Shown here in pieces: positions 48,801 to 62,509 of a stretch of 64,000 bases of DNA. The stretch is taken from NCBI GenBank assembly GCA_036172245.1, contig JAYWIR010000056.1, positions 186,001 through 250,000 on the forward strand. The letters run 5' to 3'. Origin of the DNA: Raillietiella orientalis (taxonomy: Eukaryota). How positions within the stretch are numbered: the first letter of the stretch is position 1; each line of letters opens with the position of its first letter. The position numbers and the translations under genes were made by a program. The notes beneath the pieces are model-generated. The model was not told the origin of the DNA. It did no database searches and saw nothing but the letters and a program-made list of their open reading frames with translations.

Positions 48801-51800
48801 CGATGCACATTTGTTGATTTGCCTCTCAAGAACACCTTAAATTTGCATTGCAACGCCAATTGATTTAAATTCCATTTCGGGACTTTATTCGTTTTCCTTT
48901 GAGGATGATGAAGGAAATGGGTTCATTCACTTGGTAGAAGGACATCGGTTTGCGGTGCTCTTACTTTTAGAGGTTTCGTGGCGTTAGATTCGCCATTTGA
49001 AATTGTAATTCCATCAAAATGCCAATTCTCCATAAAAAAAAAAAAAAAAAAACTGCAAGCACAGTTCACTTAATATTTGACTGCGAAACGAATGCAATAT
49101 AATAATGCAATAGGAAATTCTTACTATTTACAACTATCATTTAAGCCTGAAGTGCAGACAGTAATGACGATGAAATGAAAAATTACAGTATCAGAACCGC
49201 GATTCGTATTGAGATCTTACACATGCAAGTAATACATTCATTTAGGTGTGACCATGAGGCATTTTATCACATGAGCGTCACTCTTTGATTCATTTGTTTC
49301 GTTCCAATGTGTGACCACAGGCTGAGGACGTTGGGGACATTTGGCTCCTTTTCCAATTGCATTTCTTCACATCAGTGAGTCACAATCGGTTGTGTACCCA
49401 TCTTGATGAAGACAACACAAATAGAGACCGCAGGGAGACATGAGATTCTAAGGAAGGGTATCTTGAAATCAGTTCAACCCCTAACGAGCGCGTTATGGAC
49501 AGTTTTTATCAAAGAACGAAAACGAAATGTTTGGGGGACTGCGAATGAGTTAATGCGTCTGTCTGAGCAGTCATCTTTGGAAACACAAAGAATGGCTCGA
49601 ATAGCTCTCTTAGATGCACAGTTTCAAATAGGACAAAAGAAACAGTTTTGTCCACAAAAGCTTACGTTTGTTCGCATTTACGATAAAGTTTCTTGGAGTG
49701 AATTCGAGAAAACCCCACTCATTCAACCCACTTGAAACCACCTGTTGGCCAACCAACGGAAATGAAGGAGGACGCGAGTAGAGTTTTTCCCTCGTCATAG
49801 ACGTGCACCAGATAAAAAAAAAAAAAAAGAAAAGTGTTATAGATACCTCCCGATGACACTTACGGTCACTGTTTATCATTTTACCAATTACTTCTTGATT
49901 TGCTTACTTTTAGCCCCAAGCAGAAATCGCATCTCATCTGTTTTTGAAGAGTGGTCATTCCCCCATTGTAATCTGAAAGTGTTGTTCTATTACTTCAGAG
50001 ACAGTTCAGCAAAAAGGAAGCAAGAAATCACATCCCTCGGCCCATCGGGAACAAATCCAGCTTTACAGCAAACACCCTCCAGTCATCAAACCGTTTTTTT
50101 TTTCCAGAACTTCGAGCGTAACTTCCTAAAGGCCTTCCTATGACCTCATAGGATTCTATTCCAGACGCTGCACGAGAACTAATGAGTCGCAACTTGATGG
50201 AGAGGACTCGGAAATGGTCATTCTTCCGTTTCACTTTATGGCGACAGGAATCCGCCCATTTGGTGCAACTGCAATCCATGTTTTCGTTTCCATGTTGCAA
50301 GATCGCAAGGTCGTTCTCGTTTCTCTTACTTTACACGAAATCAGACTTGTCTGCGGATGATGAAGATTAATGTTCTCCTCGCCCCAGAGAAAATCTTGTT
50401 TTTCATATTTAATTTGACAACAGGCCCAAATCGTTCTCTTTCTCTCTTCTCTCGGAACCTTGCTCTTCTTGCGCTGGAAGCTTCACGTCCCACCCTCAGG
50501 TAATCTCCAGGTTCCAGGCCGGTTTTGCTTGCAGCATTCCTGCAGGGTTCGCAGACCGATTCGTGGTAGAGTTCTCCGAGCTGACCTCATGCATTGCTGT
50601 TACTTTCGCCGCCGTCCTCTTCTCTTTCCACCAGGGGCATCTCTTGCGGACATGATGAGAGCCTATGAGTTTGTGGATGAAGGAGTACCGCGTGGGTCGG
50701 AACGAGGCGCTGCGGGCGCCAGACGCGGAAATCCTGTAACGTGGCGCCTTGTCTCCCCATCCTTTCCGGCTTGGCTCATTTTCTGTTTGGTTCCCATTCA
50801 CAGGATTCTGCGAGCTCATTACGATTCCAGAAGCACGCATCGCCACAGCAGTAATATAATCAGATTTCCAATCTGTCAAATTTGGCATTCCGTCCTCCGA
50901 CCATTTAGACAATGGACATGGCTTCTCTTCTAATAATTCGATGCTAGTTGCCAAATATTCTTATTCAATGCATTCAAGAGGTGTGGGTGGATCTTCGGGG
51001 GATTCGGAAAACGTAGAGAGGCCTTGGAGGTTTTAGAGGAGACAGGGACCGGGGTCAGATCATTCTTCTTTCAAGCAGCAGAAATTTGAGTTGCGCTCAG
51101 CGACAGCGACCGCAGGACATACTTCCGCCCTGCATTCCTCCGAGTCGGTGAGTGGGTGACAAAGCAAACATGTGACTTCCTTGCACAAATGCCCTATAAT
51201 TTCCTTCAGCATGCCTGGTAGGGAACGCTGGTTGTTATAACCTGAATTTGTGTATTGCGAAGTGAGCGGCAAAATTCGAACGCTCCTTGGCGTTTTCAGT
51301 TGGACCATTTTTTTTTATTTTTATCTTTTCCTCTTAATCTTCATTCCTTTTTCGCAGTTGACGACGCCCCATCCTATCTCCGCTCTTATTTCACTCACTT
51401 TCAACTTCCACGGTTCCCCTCACGTTGCAAGTGGACTTCGAAGCGCCGGCTGCTCGAGTCTCTACCGAGTTTCCTGAATGTATGAAAATTCCAGTCTCTG
51501 AATTTAAATTGAATTGCGAGTGACTCGTGATTTTTTCCCGTACGTGATGTGTAATGTGCGCGCGTGTCCGCTGACCCTCTGCTCTTTTCCTGCACGCTTG
51601 GGTTTATAATCGAAGTAGAACTGTTTCCTTTGATCGAGCGATATGAGACGAGACGGGAGCACAGGAAAAGAAACGAAGATCCCAGACCGAATGGATCATC
51701 ACGATCTCGCTCCAGAGGCTTCCAGATAAATGCTTCCGAGATCATTCCGTCGTTGGCTTCTCCATTTTGACGCGCGCGGATGCGTTGTACTTTGCAAGAA

Positions 51801-54800
51801 CAGTAAGCACCTCCACATGGCAGCGCGTGTTTCCAGAACCAGTTTCCCACTGCTTCCTGTTGACATTTCCCGTGGTGATGACCCGGAAGGTTCGATTGCC
51901 CATTGATCCACTGACGTAGTCGTTCCTGCGCATGATTTCAATCCGTTGCCGGCCCAATTAAGCAAAGTGCATTTTCCTATCGCTGCCTAACCAGATCACA
52001 AGGTATATTCTCTAGCAGTCCTGGGATTAGATAAAGACTTCCAGAAATAGCAGGTACATTCGCTCCAAAGGTTCAAGGGGGAAGCTGCTTCCGCTGCTAG
52101 AAGATCGTAGTGGTTTTGCTTCCGTTTCGGTGCAACACCTTCCTTCCGGCATGATATCAGAAAGGATCCTTCCGGTTTCGATGGCTGCCACTTTCGAAGG
52201 CTCTCTTCGCTCTGAGACTTTTTCTGCACGCGAATATCGTTTTACTCCTCAAAGGGAAAAGGGAGAGGAAAGAATTTCCGTCGCCGCGTCTCACAGATTC
52301 ATATCTTGCTATGCCTCAGAGAGGAGAGATTTCAGCCATCACCCTCGAATGAGCCTTTGCATTTCAAAGGGCGCTTTTTATTTTCGAGATCCATACTTGC
52401 GATGTACCGGAGATTTCTCTGTTTTATTTAGGCACACAAACAATCACGAATCAAGTTCACAAAATTACATATGTCCCCGATGAATTGTGCCTCGATCTCC
52501 TGTGAGCATCAGCCATCACAGATCCGCAGCTACCCGTCTTTCTCGGGACAGTTATCTTTCCAGGAACACCTGTCTGTAAAACACCGCAGTGTGCACGCTT
52601 ATTCCCTCAACAGATTCGAGCTTCATTTGCAAAACACCCACTCTCGTCTCGAAAGAAGGATAACCGTTCCCAAGGTCGGTCATCCCACAATCAGGGACAA
52701 GGTGGCTCAGGAGTCCTTTCTGGTGCACACCACGAGAAATCCTTGGCGATTCCTACTCCGCCATTATTCCTCCGTTCGACCTTTTCGTTGACCGCGTTGC
52801 AGAGGTATGTGTTGTGTATGTACATCGGAAGCGCCACATCTTTAGACAGGAATCGAAATAACATATGCAATGTTAGAATTTCAATCGACCGGAGTTGTGC
52901 AGGTAAACGGATTCAACTTCACGAGTAGGCGTTTCGGGTCGGACGAAAAAACAAAAAAAAAAACGCCCCAAAGCAACTGAGACGTGACCTAAAAGTCTCG
53001 CATCAGGTTGAAATCGGTTCTCATGTGTGTGCGTATAAAATTGAGAGATGACTTTGAATGCATCAAGCCCGAATGCGAAAAGAACACCCTAACATTCTTC
53101 ATACCCAATTTGTTGGTTGCTTTGGTGTTTCTTTTCGTCGACGGGGGCTGTATTGGCGCGCATGCTCTTCAGAATATTTGACACGTGAAAGGGAAAAGGA
53201 AAAAAAAAAAAAAATCCTTTTCTGTACTCATCCTCTGTACGCTTGCTTGTCTTTCCGGCTTTTCGATTTTCCATCCGTGAACTGGTTTCGGAATTCTCAC
53301 GGGTGTAATGGGAAGTCGTGAGTAACGATGAAATAAGAGGAAGTCACCGACACTACGAAATGACCTCATATTCTGTTTTGCAGGGAGAATCTTCTTGGCA
53401 CGTGCTTGAAAGAACATGCGGAGAACGAGTTCCGGCCTTCGCATCTTGAATTTTTTCACCCTTTCGCTCCGTCGGTCCGCGAGCAACTTCGTTTCTTGCA
53501 CGCGCGCTTTCCAGCAGCGAGCTCGGCATCAATCCGACGGAGCACTGTACACTCCGTTGGTGTTCACACGACGACACGAAAGACAGGCGCGGGTTGAGAA
53601 AGGATTTATTCTCACCTGGAGATCGAGAGGCGCTCGGAGGGTCCGTCCCACGCTCGACGTCCTCTTCGGCCCCACGGGCATCGCGCACGGGAAACACCCG
53701 GAAGAACACCCGGAAGCGCGGTTCCGAATCCCACGGGCAGCTTCTACGACTTGCAGGCGTTCCTCGCACGTGGTTCCTCATCCGATGGATCCAAAAATAC
53801 GATGTAGTGCACTGAGGTTTCCAAGGTCGCGGTGTCACCTTTTCCGTTCGACGTACGCCAGTGGTAGAGTGGGTCCTTCGGGACGCGCGGAAGGCTCCGC
53901 TTTTCCTTCGCTTCGGAGCTCATGTGCTCTGAATGATCCGTCTGAGTTGTGCTTCCTTGCGGCATGTGCCCTCATTCAAAGGCTCCGTTTTCTGGGAGAG
54001 GGGGGAAGAAAAAAAAAAAAAAAATGGAAATGTTTGCACTCTGCTGAACGCCGAAGGAGGGAGTGAGCGAGACGAAATGTCGATGACGGAGGACGCGCGA
54101 AATCCTGTGATTGCCTTCCACATCCGTGCATCAAGACGCATCTCAGTGAAACCGATCTTAATGAAACCTTAATGCATCCAAGGTGAAAATCATCAATCAA
54201 TTACGGTAAGCACCTTGATGCGGGGAAGGGGGGGGGGGGGGGAGGAAGAAATAAAGGCTTTCGAAGAACAAAATCCATCCACTTTGAAAGCACGCGGAAT
54301 CTATTTTTAACCCATCGACAAAATAAACAAAGTGTTCTTTGCTTCATTTTGATCTGACACACAAGGTCAGCTCTACTCGTTTTCGCATTGTGTCGGTTCT
54401 TGCAAATGCTAGGAATTCAAAAGGCCATCCTCTGGAGGTAGAAACTCTTCCATAGGTCCAATGTTCCGCCATTTTAGGCATGCGTGAGCAACTCACTTGT
54501 TGGCTCTTCATATACAAAACAACAAGAAAGGCTACACATGCGCGAGATTCCATGCACTCTTTCAGAAAACGGATCAAGCATCAACGAGCAGAAACATCCT
54601 TCATTCTCATCTTTTATTGTTATTATTATTTTTCCCTACCCAATTCAAGCTTTTCGAGGTTGCTCCTAATCTGGCGCAGTCTGCTCAAGGATCGAGAGCA
54701 ACTCACGAGTTATCCCGAACACTTGTGTACTCTGGACCACAAGTCTTGCTCGGATGGCCAATACGATACAGAGATCCTCCGAGTTTTCCTCTTCTGACTT

Positions 54801-57800
54801 CTGTTGGCGTGGCATTGTGGTTATCGTTTTGCCGTTGATGCCACGAGAGCCTATTTGTTCAGTCCCCCCCCCCCCCTGGTTGCCAATTTTTGTAGGTGTC
54901 TGCAAAGCATTCGAGCTGCGTTCGCCAAAAACCTTTCCCATTCTAGCAGCAGCTTCATTCTGTTGGTACTTTCACAGCGCAGCATCTTGAGGTCACCGGC
55001 TTACGAGTTGGTCAATTTTCGAAAATGCATTGCTACATTGCATGCAGGTGCTCTGCTCTTACACAGACACTTTGGTATCTCCCAGAGAATACTCATCCAA
55101 ACACTCAAAATGAGATTAAAGCCAAATCTCGAAATTATTAAATGCCATTCGATGTTATCGATATCTGTGTTTTTTTTTTTTTGCCGCTATTCTATGTTCA
55201 GTAAGAAAGAACTATGCTGCTGGCTGGGAATTCCTGTAAAGGATTAAGGTATTTATGGCCCAAAATGGGTCTTCTTCCAAATCGAACACCCCAATGTACC
55301 GGGAGTGCTTAGGCGAAAACGCAGACAGATTCAAATTTAGGAACTGTATGCCTGTTTTAAGACATTGCAGCTCCATGAAGAGCGAAATCCCTGAAGTTGA
55401 AAAACCGGTTTTTTCTTCTTCTTTTATCGTAGAAGAGTGAGAAAACCATCTACGCATTCGAGGCATTTAAGCCAACCAGCTGTATCTTTATGAGTTGTCA
55501 GATGAAACAGCCGCGTTCCGGTGACAGCGAAGGTAATCAATCTTTAGGAGAGCTAAGCATTTTTACTGCTAAAGAGTTCGATACAGAAGAAACGAAGCAT
55601 TTTCCATGTATACTATGGGACGAGACACCATGTTGATTCCGGTGTCAGCGGCCTCGCTTGTGCTTTTCGTTCGTCCTCACGTCCACAGGGGAGCATTCTG
55701 GGCGTGACTGCTGGACCACTTTTGGCAGAAATGCTGTTGCGGATGTTCTGTTCCGCTCGTCTACGATTTCCACCGAGCAGGGCATCTCTCCCATGGTCCA
55801 AAAACCAGCACGTGCTTTGTGTCTCGAGCTGTGAAGGCAAAGTCTCAGCGGACCACAGAATAATCAGACAAGGCAGGATTAGTCCAGTCAGGCTGCATTA
55901 AACAGAATAAATCAATTCCCATGTTTTTTTTTCTTTCGGATTTTACCCGAAAACTCCTCATGAGCTTTGAGTCGCTCTTCGGAGACATAGCAGAAACGAA
56001 ATGTTGATCCTATATGACCATGTCATGACCATGCCCCATAACTCATGCAGCCTGAGCATGAGAAGCCTGCAGTGTGTCCAGAATCTGCTACGGGATTCCG
56101 AATTCAGAGACAGGGAAGACATTCACTTTAGAACGCCAAGAACTCTTATGGGCAGGTCAAGTTCTTGCTTTGGGGCGGAGACACTCAAATTGATGAGTTT
56201 GTTGTTTGAGCACGCTACATTTGCTGAAGACAGGAACCGAGCAGACGAAGCGACCCAAAGATCGCGTGTCTGAAAGAGATGAAAAACGATGAACGGCAGA
56301 ATGAGATGTTTGGTGGCTGCTTTCTTGGTCCTTGGACGGGTCAGAAATACTGACTGAACTCTTCCATAAAAATAGTTAGTTATAGGACGTCGTGCTTCCC
56401 AGAAATTCGTGGTTCGTAATCCCTGAGATTGTGAAGGAACACTTTCAAATCCCATCACGCAAAAAACTTAGAATAAGATTCTTCAGCGATGGTGTTTTTT
56501 TCCTGTTAGGAGCTCTGCAAAGAAGAATCGTAAGGAATAGGGACTGGGCAGTATCCCTCAGATGGATGATGAAAGGTAGTCCTTAAGGAGAAGCATGAAG
56601 TGATGCTGCTGACTGAGCTCACAGCAAACTTGAGAGTATCACAAAATCTGCAGCAGTTCCCACAAACTTTCTGGGTCATCATTCATCTTTTTTTGTTTCT
56701 GTTTCTCAGAAACATTCTGAGTCGGCTTGGTTTAGTTTTCGTTTCAAAATCGGGTTGATTTCTCAGGACCATCCTGGAGTCAAGATTTCCCGGGAAAGGC
56801 GCTTGATTTGAATGCTGTCCGTAGCTGCCGATGGCCTTGGGCATGGTTACCATTTTCCTAAGGATTTTTTTGTGTATGCTGTTAATCTTACTCCGTGAAA
56901 GCACATCTCTTTCCCAGTCTCCCTCTTCGGCACCGCTAGCGGTCATGATTGACGTCGCACCCTTTTTTGTGGTGGTTCTCTATGAGTGTGTCTTCCACCT
57001 GCCAGGGAAAGTCAATTCGCCTCGCTTGAAATTCTCCCGCCACGCCGTTTGGGACTTCTCTCCCCGCAAGGAACCAACAACACATTCAACTCACGATCCC
57101 TTTGAGGAAAGGAAAAAGAAAACAAGGATTCAGGATTTTTTCCAGAGGATCATCCGGCGCTTTGTCGTGTCTCCGATCCTCAAAGCCTGCGATCGCAACC
57201 CAATCCTTCTCTGGTCGCAACAAGTCCCGTTCATCCCATGATCCCTGACGCGAGAGAGTCCGCAGCTCTTTTCCGGATTGCAGGGATAGGGTTGCCACTT
57301 CAGTTTCACGGATGCAGATGTCAGATTCGGATGTTGAGTCAGCATGCATCGTCAGTGCGTGAACTGCAAAGTGGAGACAGAATGGACGCCGCAAAGTTCC
57401 AATGCCTTGCTACAGCACTGGGGCTTTCGAGCATGCTCATCGGTTGCGATCGCCACCTCTCGCAGCTCCTTGGTAACAAGAAGAACCTTGGCAATATTAC
57501 AGCAAGAAAGATAAACGGGCAAAGCCCACTACCAAATCTCCGCATCCTCAGATTTCTCTGAAAGAGGTCATCAGAACTGACGGGACGTTTTCTGGGAGAA
57601 TCAGTTGCATTTTCCCTTACCCATCCTCGTTCAGAGGAAAGGATGCGTTCGCGAAACGATCCCGGAGGAAGTCCAGCTTCCCTCTGCTGTTCCCGAAACG
57701 GATCCCCGTTTGCCCCTCTTCCTCACCGCACGCTTTTGCCACTGAAGGCTTTCATCAAGTCGGGAACCGCCGCAAAGTGTGATCTACGTCTTGTGCTTGA

Positions 57801-59714
57801 AAAGGAAATCAAGATTTCAAGGAGGCTTCCTCCTCTCACAGTCACGGCCACGAAGTCCTGAGGCCAGTTCCTCTCCGTCCGTTTCGGAGGCTGGTTCGAA
57901 GTGGACTGCACCGAGATCGGTGCCACTGGATGCATGCGCTATCGGGGGTGCGTACCGACAAGCACAAGAGCTGTTCCCGCCCAAAGGGACGGAAGGGCAG
58001 CCGGTTCTTTTCTCCTGTAAAGTCAGTCCAGTTTGCCATGCGCGCTTTTCGGTGGCCCCGAGCTCCTGAAACCATGTCCAGGGATCTGAGGGTTTCAGTC
58101 GGATGACCAGAAGAGGAGGAGCCCACGCACCCATTCCTCCTCAAAGCGAAGACTTTATGCCAGCCGATGGAGCTGTGCCAAACCAGCTAACAGGTTCACC
58201 GTTCATCGATGAGGCAGAGAATGGGCGGAATAGCAGGAGCAGGCTGCTCGGTCCTTTTGTGCGAGCACAGGACGTGACCCCTCAAGGCAAACAGAACACC
58301 CGTCGCTCGAACCTGCGTCTGCTCTGTTGCGCCGATGAGGGCGAAGGGAACACCCTTGGGAAATTTCGTCCTCGCCAACAAGCAACAGGGGAAAAGTGGT
58401 CAAGATCTTCCTGGAGCGTCCGTCGCAGAGTTGACGGAATTTCCAAGACACAGTCTTCCTGGACTTTCGCGGCCTGGCAGTTGGCCGTAAGTCGGAAGCG
58501 CTCCTCCGTTTGTAGCTCAAAAGAAAGGATTCGAAAGACCCAAAGAAATTCCGAGGCTGGGACTGGACGTGCTTCGCGTAGATCAGAGTTCTTTCCAGAC
58601 ATGCGAGTGACAATCACCCCGAGCCGTAAAAACGCCTAATAGGTGTTTGTAAAGGGCTTGCCATAAAAGTGTCCACATGGTGCCACAGGGATTGGCAAAT
58701 ATTGGGGAAGAGACCATAGCAAACATTTCAAAAAGATCCATGGGACAAAACAGTCCCAGGATCATTATTGTCCCTAATGAAGTGTACATGTTCATGACTG
58801 CTGCAAAGCGTTTTTCTGTCAAAGAAATGCCAAAATGGAGGCTGTCCTAGGGAATGGTAAACGTCACTCTCGTTCATCTAAAGGGATCGAAAAGTGACGG
58901 TCACGAAGCCACGATAACGAGCAGCAGCATGGCAAATACAAGAACAATAAAAAAAAAGAGCTTAAATCCCGTCTCCGTTGGTGCCTGTGTAAGTGCAGAA
59001 TAATGGGAAGCAGCAGGAATTTACAAACGCAGGATGGTGGGGAGATGGACCATAAAAGTGAGGCCACCAACCCATCTGGGATTTTGGAGGAATAGCAACG
59101 TGCAAACGAGTAGATGTGATAAATAAACTGTGGTTCCACGTCGGACACTGCTCACAACGCAGTGCCCAGTAGTTGCAAGTTGGCAAGTTATGGAAACCGA
59201 GGTCTACTTTTGAAATCCTCTCACCAGGGAGAAACTGAGGGTTTCGTTTCACGATCGGGAGTGGCCCAACGGGGCAACCTCAAACATCTCCGAGTAACAC
59301 GTGCCCTCGTAAAAGCGTTTGGATGAGCCAAAACTTCCGTGCTGTGGGAAACCAAAGGGCAGTTCTCTTTTGAGCGACCGTCCTCGGATGAAGAGAAAAG
59401 GAGAAACTTCTCAATGACCGTAATCAACCACGGCGATTTGCAGAAGGACCTGGGACAGTTACAAAGAGTTTACGAGTGACAGAACCCCATTACAGAGAGA
59501 GAAAAGAAAAAAAAAGAAAAAAAAAGGATTCTTCTTCATGATTACAGAGAGAAATGTTTAAATTATGCTTTGACGAGGATACTGAACTTTTAGCACATCC
59601 GATGGAATTCCCAGGAGAAGAATCCTTGACTGCTATTCAATGGATTTTCCTGAATATAGTTGTGGGATGAATTTACTGAACTGCATCAAAATATAGCCTA
59701 TGTCACAAGGAGAA

Positions 59715-59717
<3 letters not shown>

Positions 59718-59790
<73 letters not shown>
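59718..59790 (+). repeat. (CT)15(CA)21 compound microsatellite
   Basis: Read directly from the sequence. Confidence 0.95.
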
Positions 59791-59793
<3 letters not shown>

Positions 59794-61189
59794 CTTGTGA
59801 GTTTACAGAAAACACTGAAGCCCTTCTTCCTTTAAAATAGAAAATCTTGAAATAGAGAAAGCAACCCAGCTGAAGTTTTCGAGTAAGACTTACTTCGGAT
59901 CTTGTGCGGAGAGTAGGAGGGAGATGAATTTTCTGCATAATAGGCAAAAAAACGCATGGCGCCGTGAGGGGTGCACGAGAGACGTGCAGTCTGTGCCGAA
60001 CGGAAAACACTTCGTGCTGAGTGAACTTCCCACACGTCCTTTCGGCGTCCCCATTGCTGTTTTTCCGTGTTTGCTAGCGGCGATTCATTCTTCGGGGAAA
60101 CGGACCATCCGCAGATTTTAATTCGTCTTTTTTGATTCCATCGATCATTTTTTCAGCTTTTCTTCTTCACCGTTTTTCCTGTCCCAAATCCTCATCTAAC
60201 GATCATTTCCGGTTGGTCTTTGTTTTCTGGGAAGAAGTGAGAAAAAATGCGATTCAGCAGGGAGGATCTGGAAAATGTTCCTTCGCCAGTGTTTCACAAG
60301 TTTCCTTTCTTACAGAAATGGACCGATTTTCTTTCCATTCTTTCATCACAATGAATTTTGTGTTATCTCGATGAGATAAAGCGATAGTGAGGCAGTGATC
60401 GGATGAGACGCCTGCCGATGGAAAGCGAGGGTGCGTCCCGGTTCAAGTGACCCGACAGGAGTCAGGCATGACTTCAAACTTTGCGTCTTTCCGTTTTCAT
60501 GAGTTCTGCGATCAGCATCTCTCATCTCTACTTCCGGAGCAGCCTCACACCTCTGCAATCGAGGCTGCCTTCCTATTGGTTTTCAGAAGACTAGAGTCTC
60601 CTCCGAATCTTTGGAGCTCTTCACGAGCTCCTCTCCAGCTCTCGAGCTCTCTATGTTGAAGTCACTGGAGCAATCAACAAGCATCGTCACTTTTTGGCAC
60701 GGTGATTGCATGGTCAATTTTCTGCCCATGTCCCAGGGTAAGAGCTTCTTTCCTTCCATCATCCTGAATGCCCCATTGTGATAGTCAAAGGAAACCGGGA
60801 GGAATGAAACAGATACAGAGCTTGCAGGGTGGCCGTGAACCTTTTTACTTGATGCTGTGGAAGTGTTTTTTTTCCAGTCTCTGTTTCTGAACTGGTAGGA
60901 GAAGATTTCATTTCTGCTTCGTTTCTCTATCATCTCCACTCCCGAGATCTCAGTAGCTTTCGCGGTTTTTCTGCAAGAGTAACTAAGTGATCTTCACACA
61001 GTGTCCAAGGATTTGGGGCACAGGGGAAAATGATTCCTCTCTGAACTCCGCTTTATCTTCCACCTGGCTTTGTTCTTCCCACTTTCGATCTCCGGAACGA
61101 GAGAGACTCATTACGAGAAGATCTCGTCCCGTAGGAAGTCTTGCGAACGGAGCTGCCGATGAGTTCCTTCCGAAGCACAAGAACAAAAA

Positions 61190-62509
61190 GGCAGAGTGTG
61201 GTTTCGCAGGTCGAGGCTTGCAGACTCTTTGGAGAGCTGCGGAGGGAGGATAGTTTGGCTCAATAGGAAGATTTCGAGACTTGATGTCGAGCGACGCTCT
61301 CTGTCACCATTTTTTCAAGAACACAGAAATAGGCAAGTGACGGATGCATGGAACGCGGGGAGGCTTCAGCAATCAAGCCTTCACCTGCCCGGAAGAACGC
61401 AAGGCCGACTTCTGGTAAGGCGTGTTCGAAACGATGGTCAGGCAGGCTGCTAGGCCGAGCAGGGTAATGGATCACCATCGACCCCAGCTGAAGAAGAAAA
61501 CAACGACTGGTGCAAAAGCACAAACTCAAGATCGTACCAAGAAGCAGGGAACTCTGGCAGGAGGAGTCCATTCTGGTGATCCCTTGGATGCTTCCGGTCC
61601 CCCGGACACAAGAAGCCGGATCTACCAGAGGACCAGAGTTACCCTGCAACGCATCCAGGAATGGAGAAGAGGAGGGTACCTACGCCATTCTCGTATACTA
61701 CGGTATATCGAGATGGTGTTAGGACGATAGACCCACAGGACGCGCGAAGTGTGGATAAACCACTTGACTTTGCGTGGTCCAGGGTGAACAAACAGAACCT
61801 CCGCAGCTTAATAAAAGAAGACCAAGACATCAGTGCCCTCCAGGAAACCGCCGATCGCTACGGGAGTGACAAGATCAACCCGTTAGCAATTGGCACAACC
61901 CTCTGGAGGAGTGACCTACCGCCGGACACCCAGGATAATCTACTGATGTTTTATCATGGAGGAATCCTGAGCGGGTCCAGACTGAAGTATTTCACGAGAA
62001 AACGGGACTACGAAGACTGCATGGCATGTGGAGACACAGATACAGGACTACACATCTTGACGTGTTCCACATTGCTCCGAGACTAGCTAATCCTGAAAAG
62101 GATTATAGGAATGACCACCAGTTCCGTAATGGAAATACTTACCGAGATGTTTCAGGGAACTGGAAATGTTCCCTCCTACAATCCCATGGTGAGAACGACC
62201 ATCGCTCTCTTCATCACCGCCATACTTGTGTGGTGGTGGAAGATGAGGAAAGCCATGAGAGTCGTATCCCCGATGGAGATTCTGCAAGGACTCATCTAGA
62301 AGGAGATCGGCATCAGGAATTGTGGACGAGAGCCGGCCTGGACATACCGATACATCCTGAAGGGGATTGAGGACGACGCCCGGGAAACAAAAACGAGGGC
62401 GCCACCCTGAGTGCAGCACTTGTGATACCCCGAAAGGACTTCAAAGTGGTAATACAGTGATAAAATAGTGTGAATGAAAATTGTAATGCGAATGTTTAAA
62501 AAAAAAAAA
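61190..62509 (+). mobile_element. 5'-truncated, decayed L1/Tx1-clade LINE (ORF2 C-terminus, 3' UTR, poly(A))
   Basis: Zinc motif FYHGGIL...CMACGDTDTGLHILTC at 62018-62065. The same frame continues through TAG stops (61661-62086, then 62111-62299 with WWWKMRK). A12 tail at 62498-62509. The 5' boundary is approximate. Confidence 0.7.

Noticed and set aside
59071..59095. IWDFGG, resembling the Roc GTPase G3 motif
   Set aside because: Lacks the following Gln, has stops just upstream and no P-loop nearby.
60380..60460. Degenerate tRNA-like head (GGTTCAAGT)
   Set aside because: Poor A box, imperfect B box and no similarity to the SINE body.
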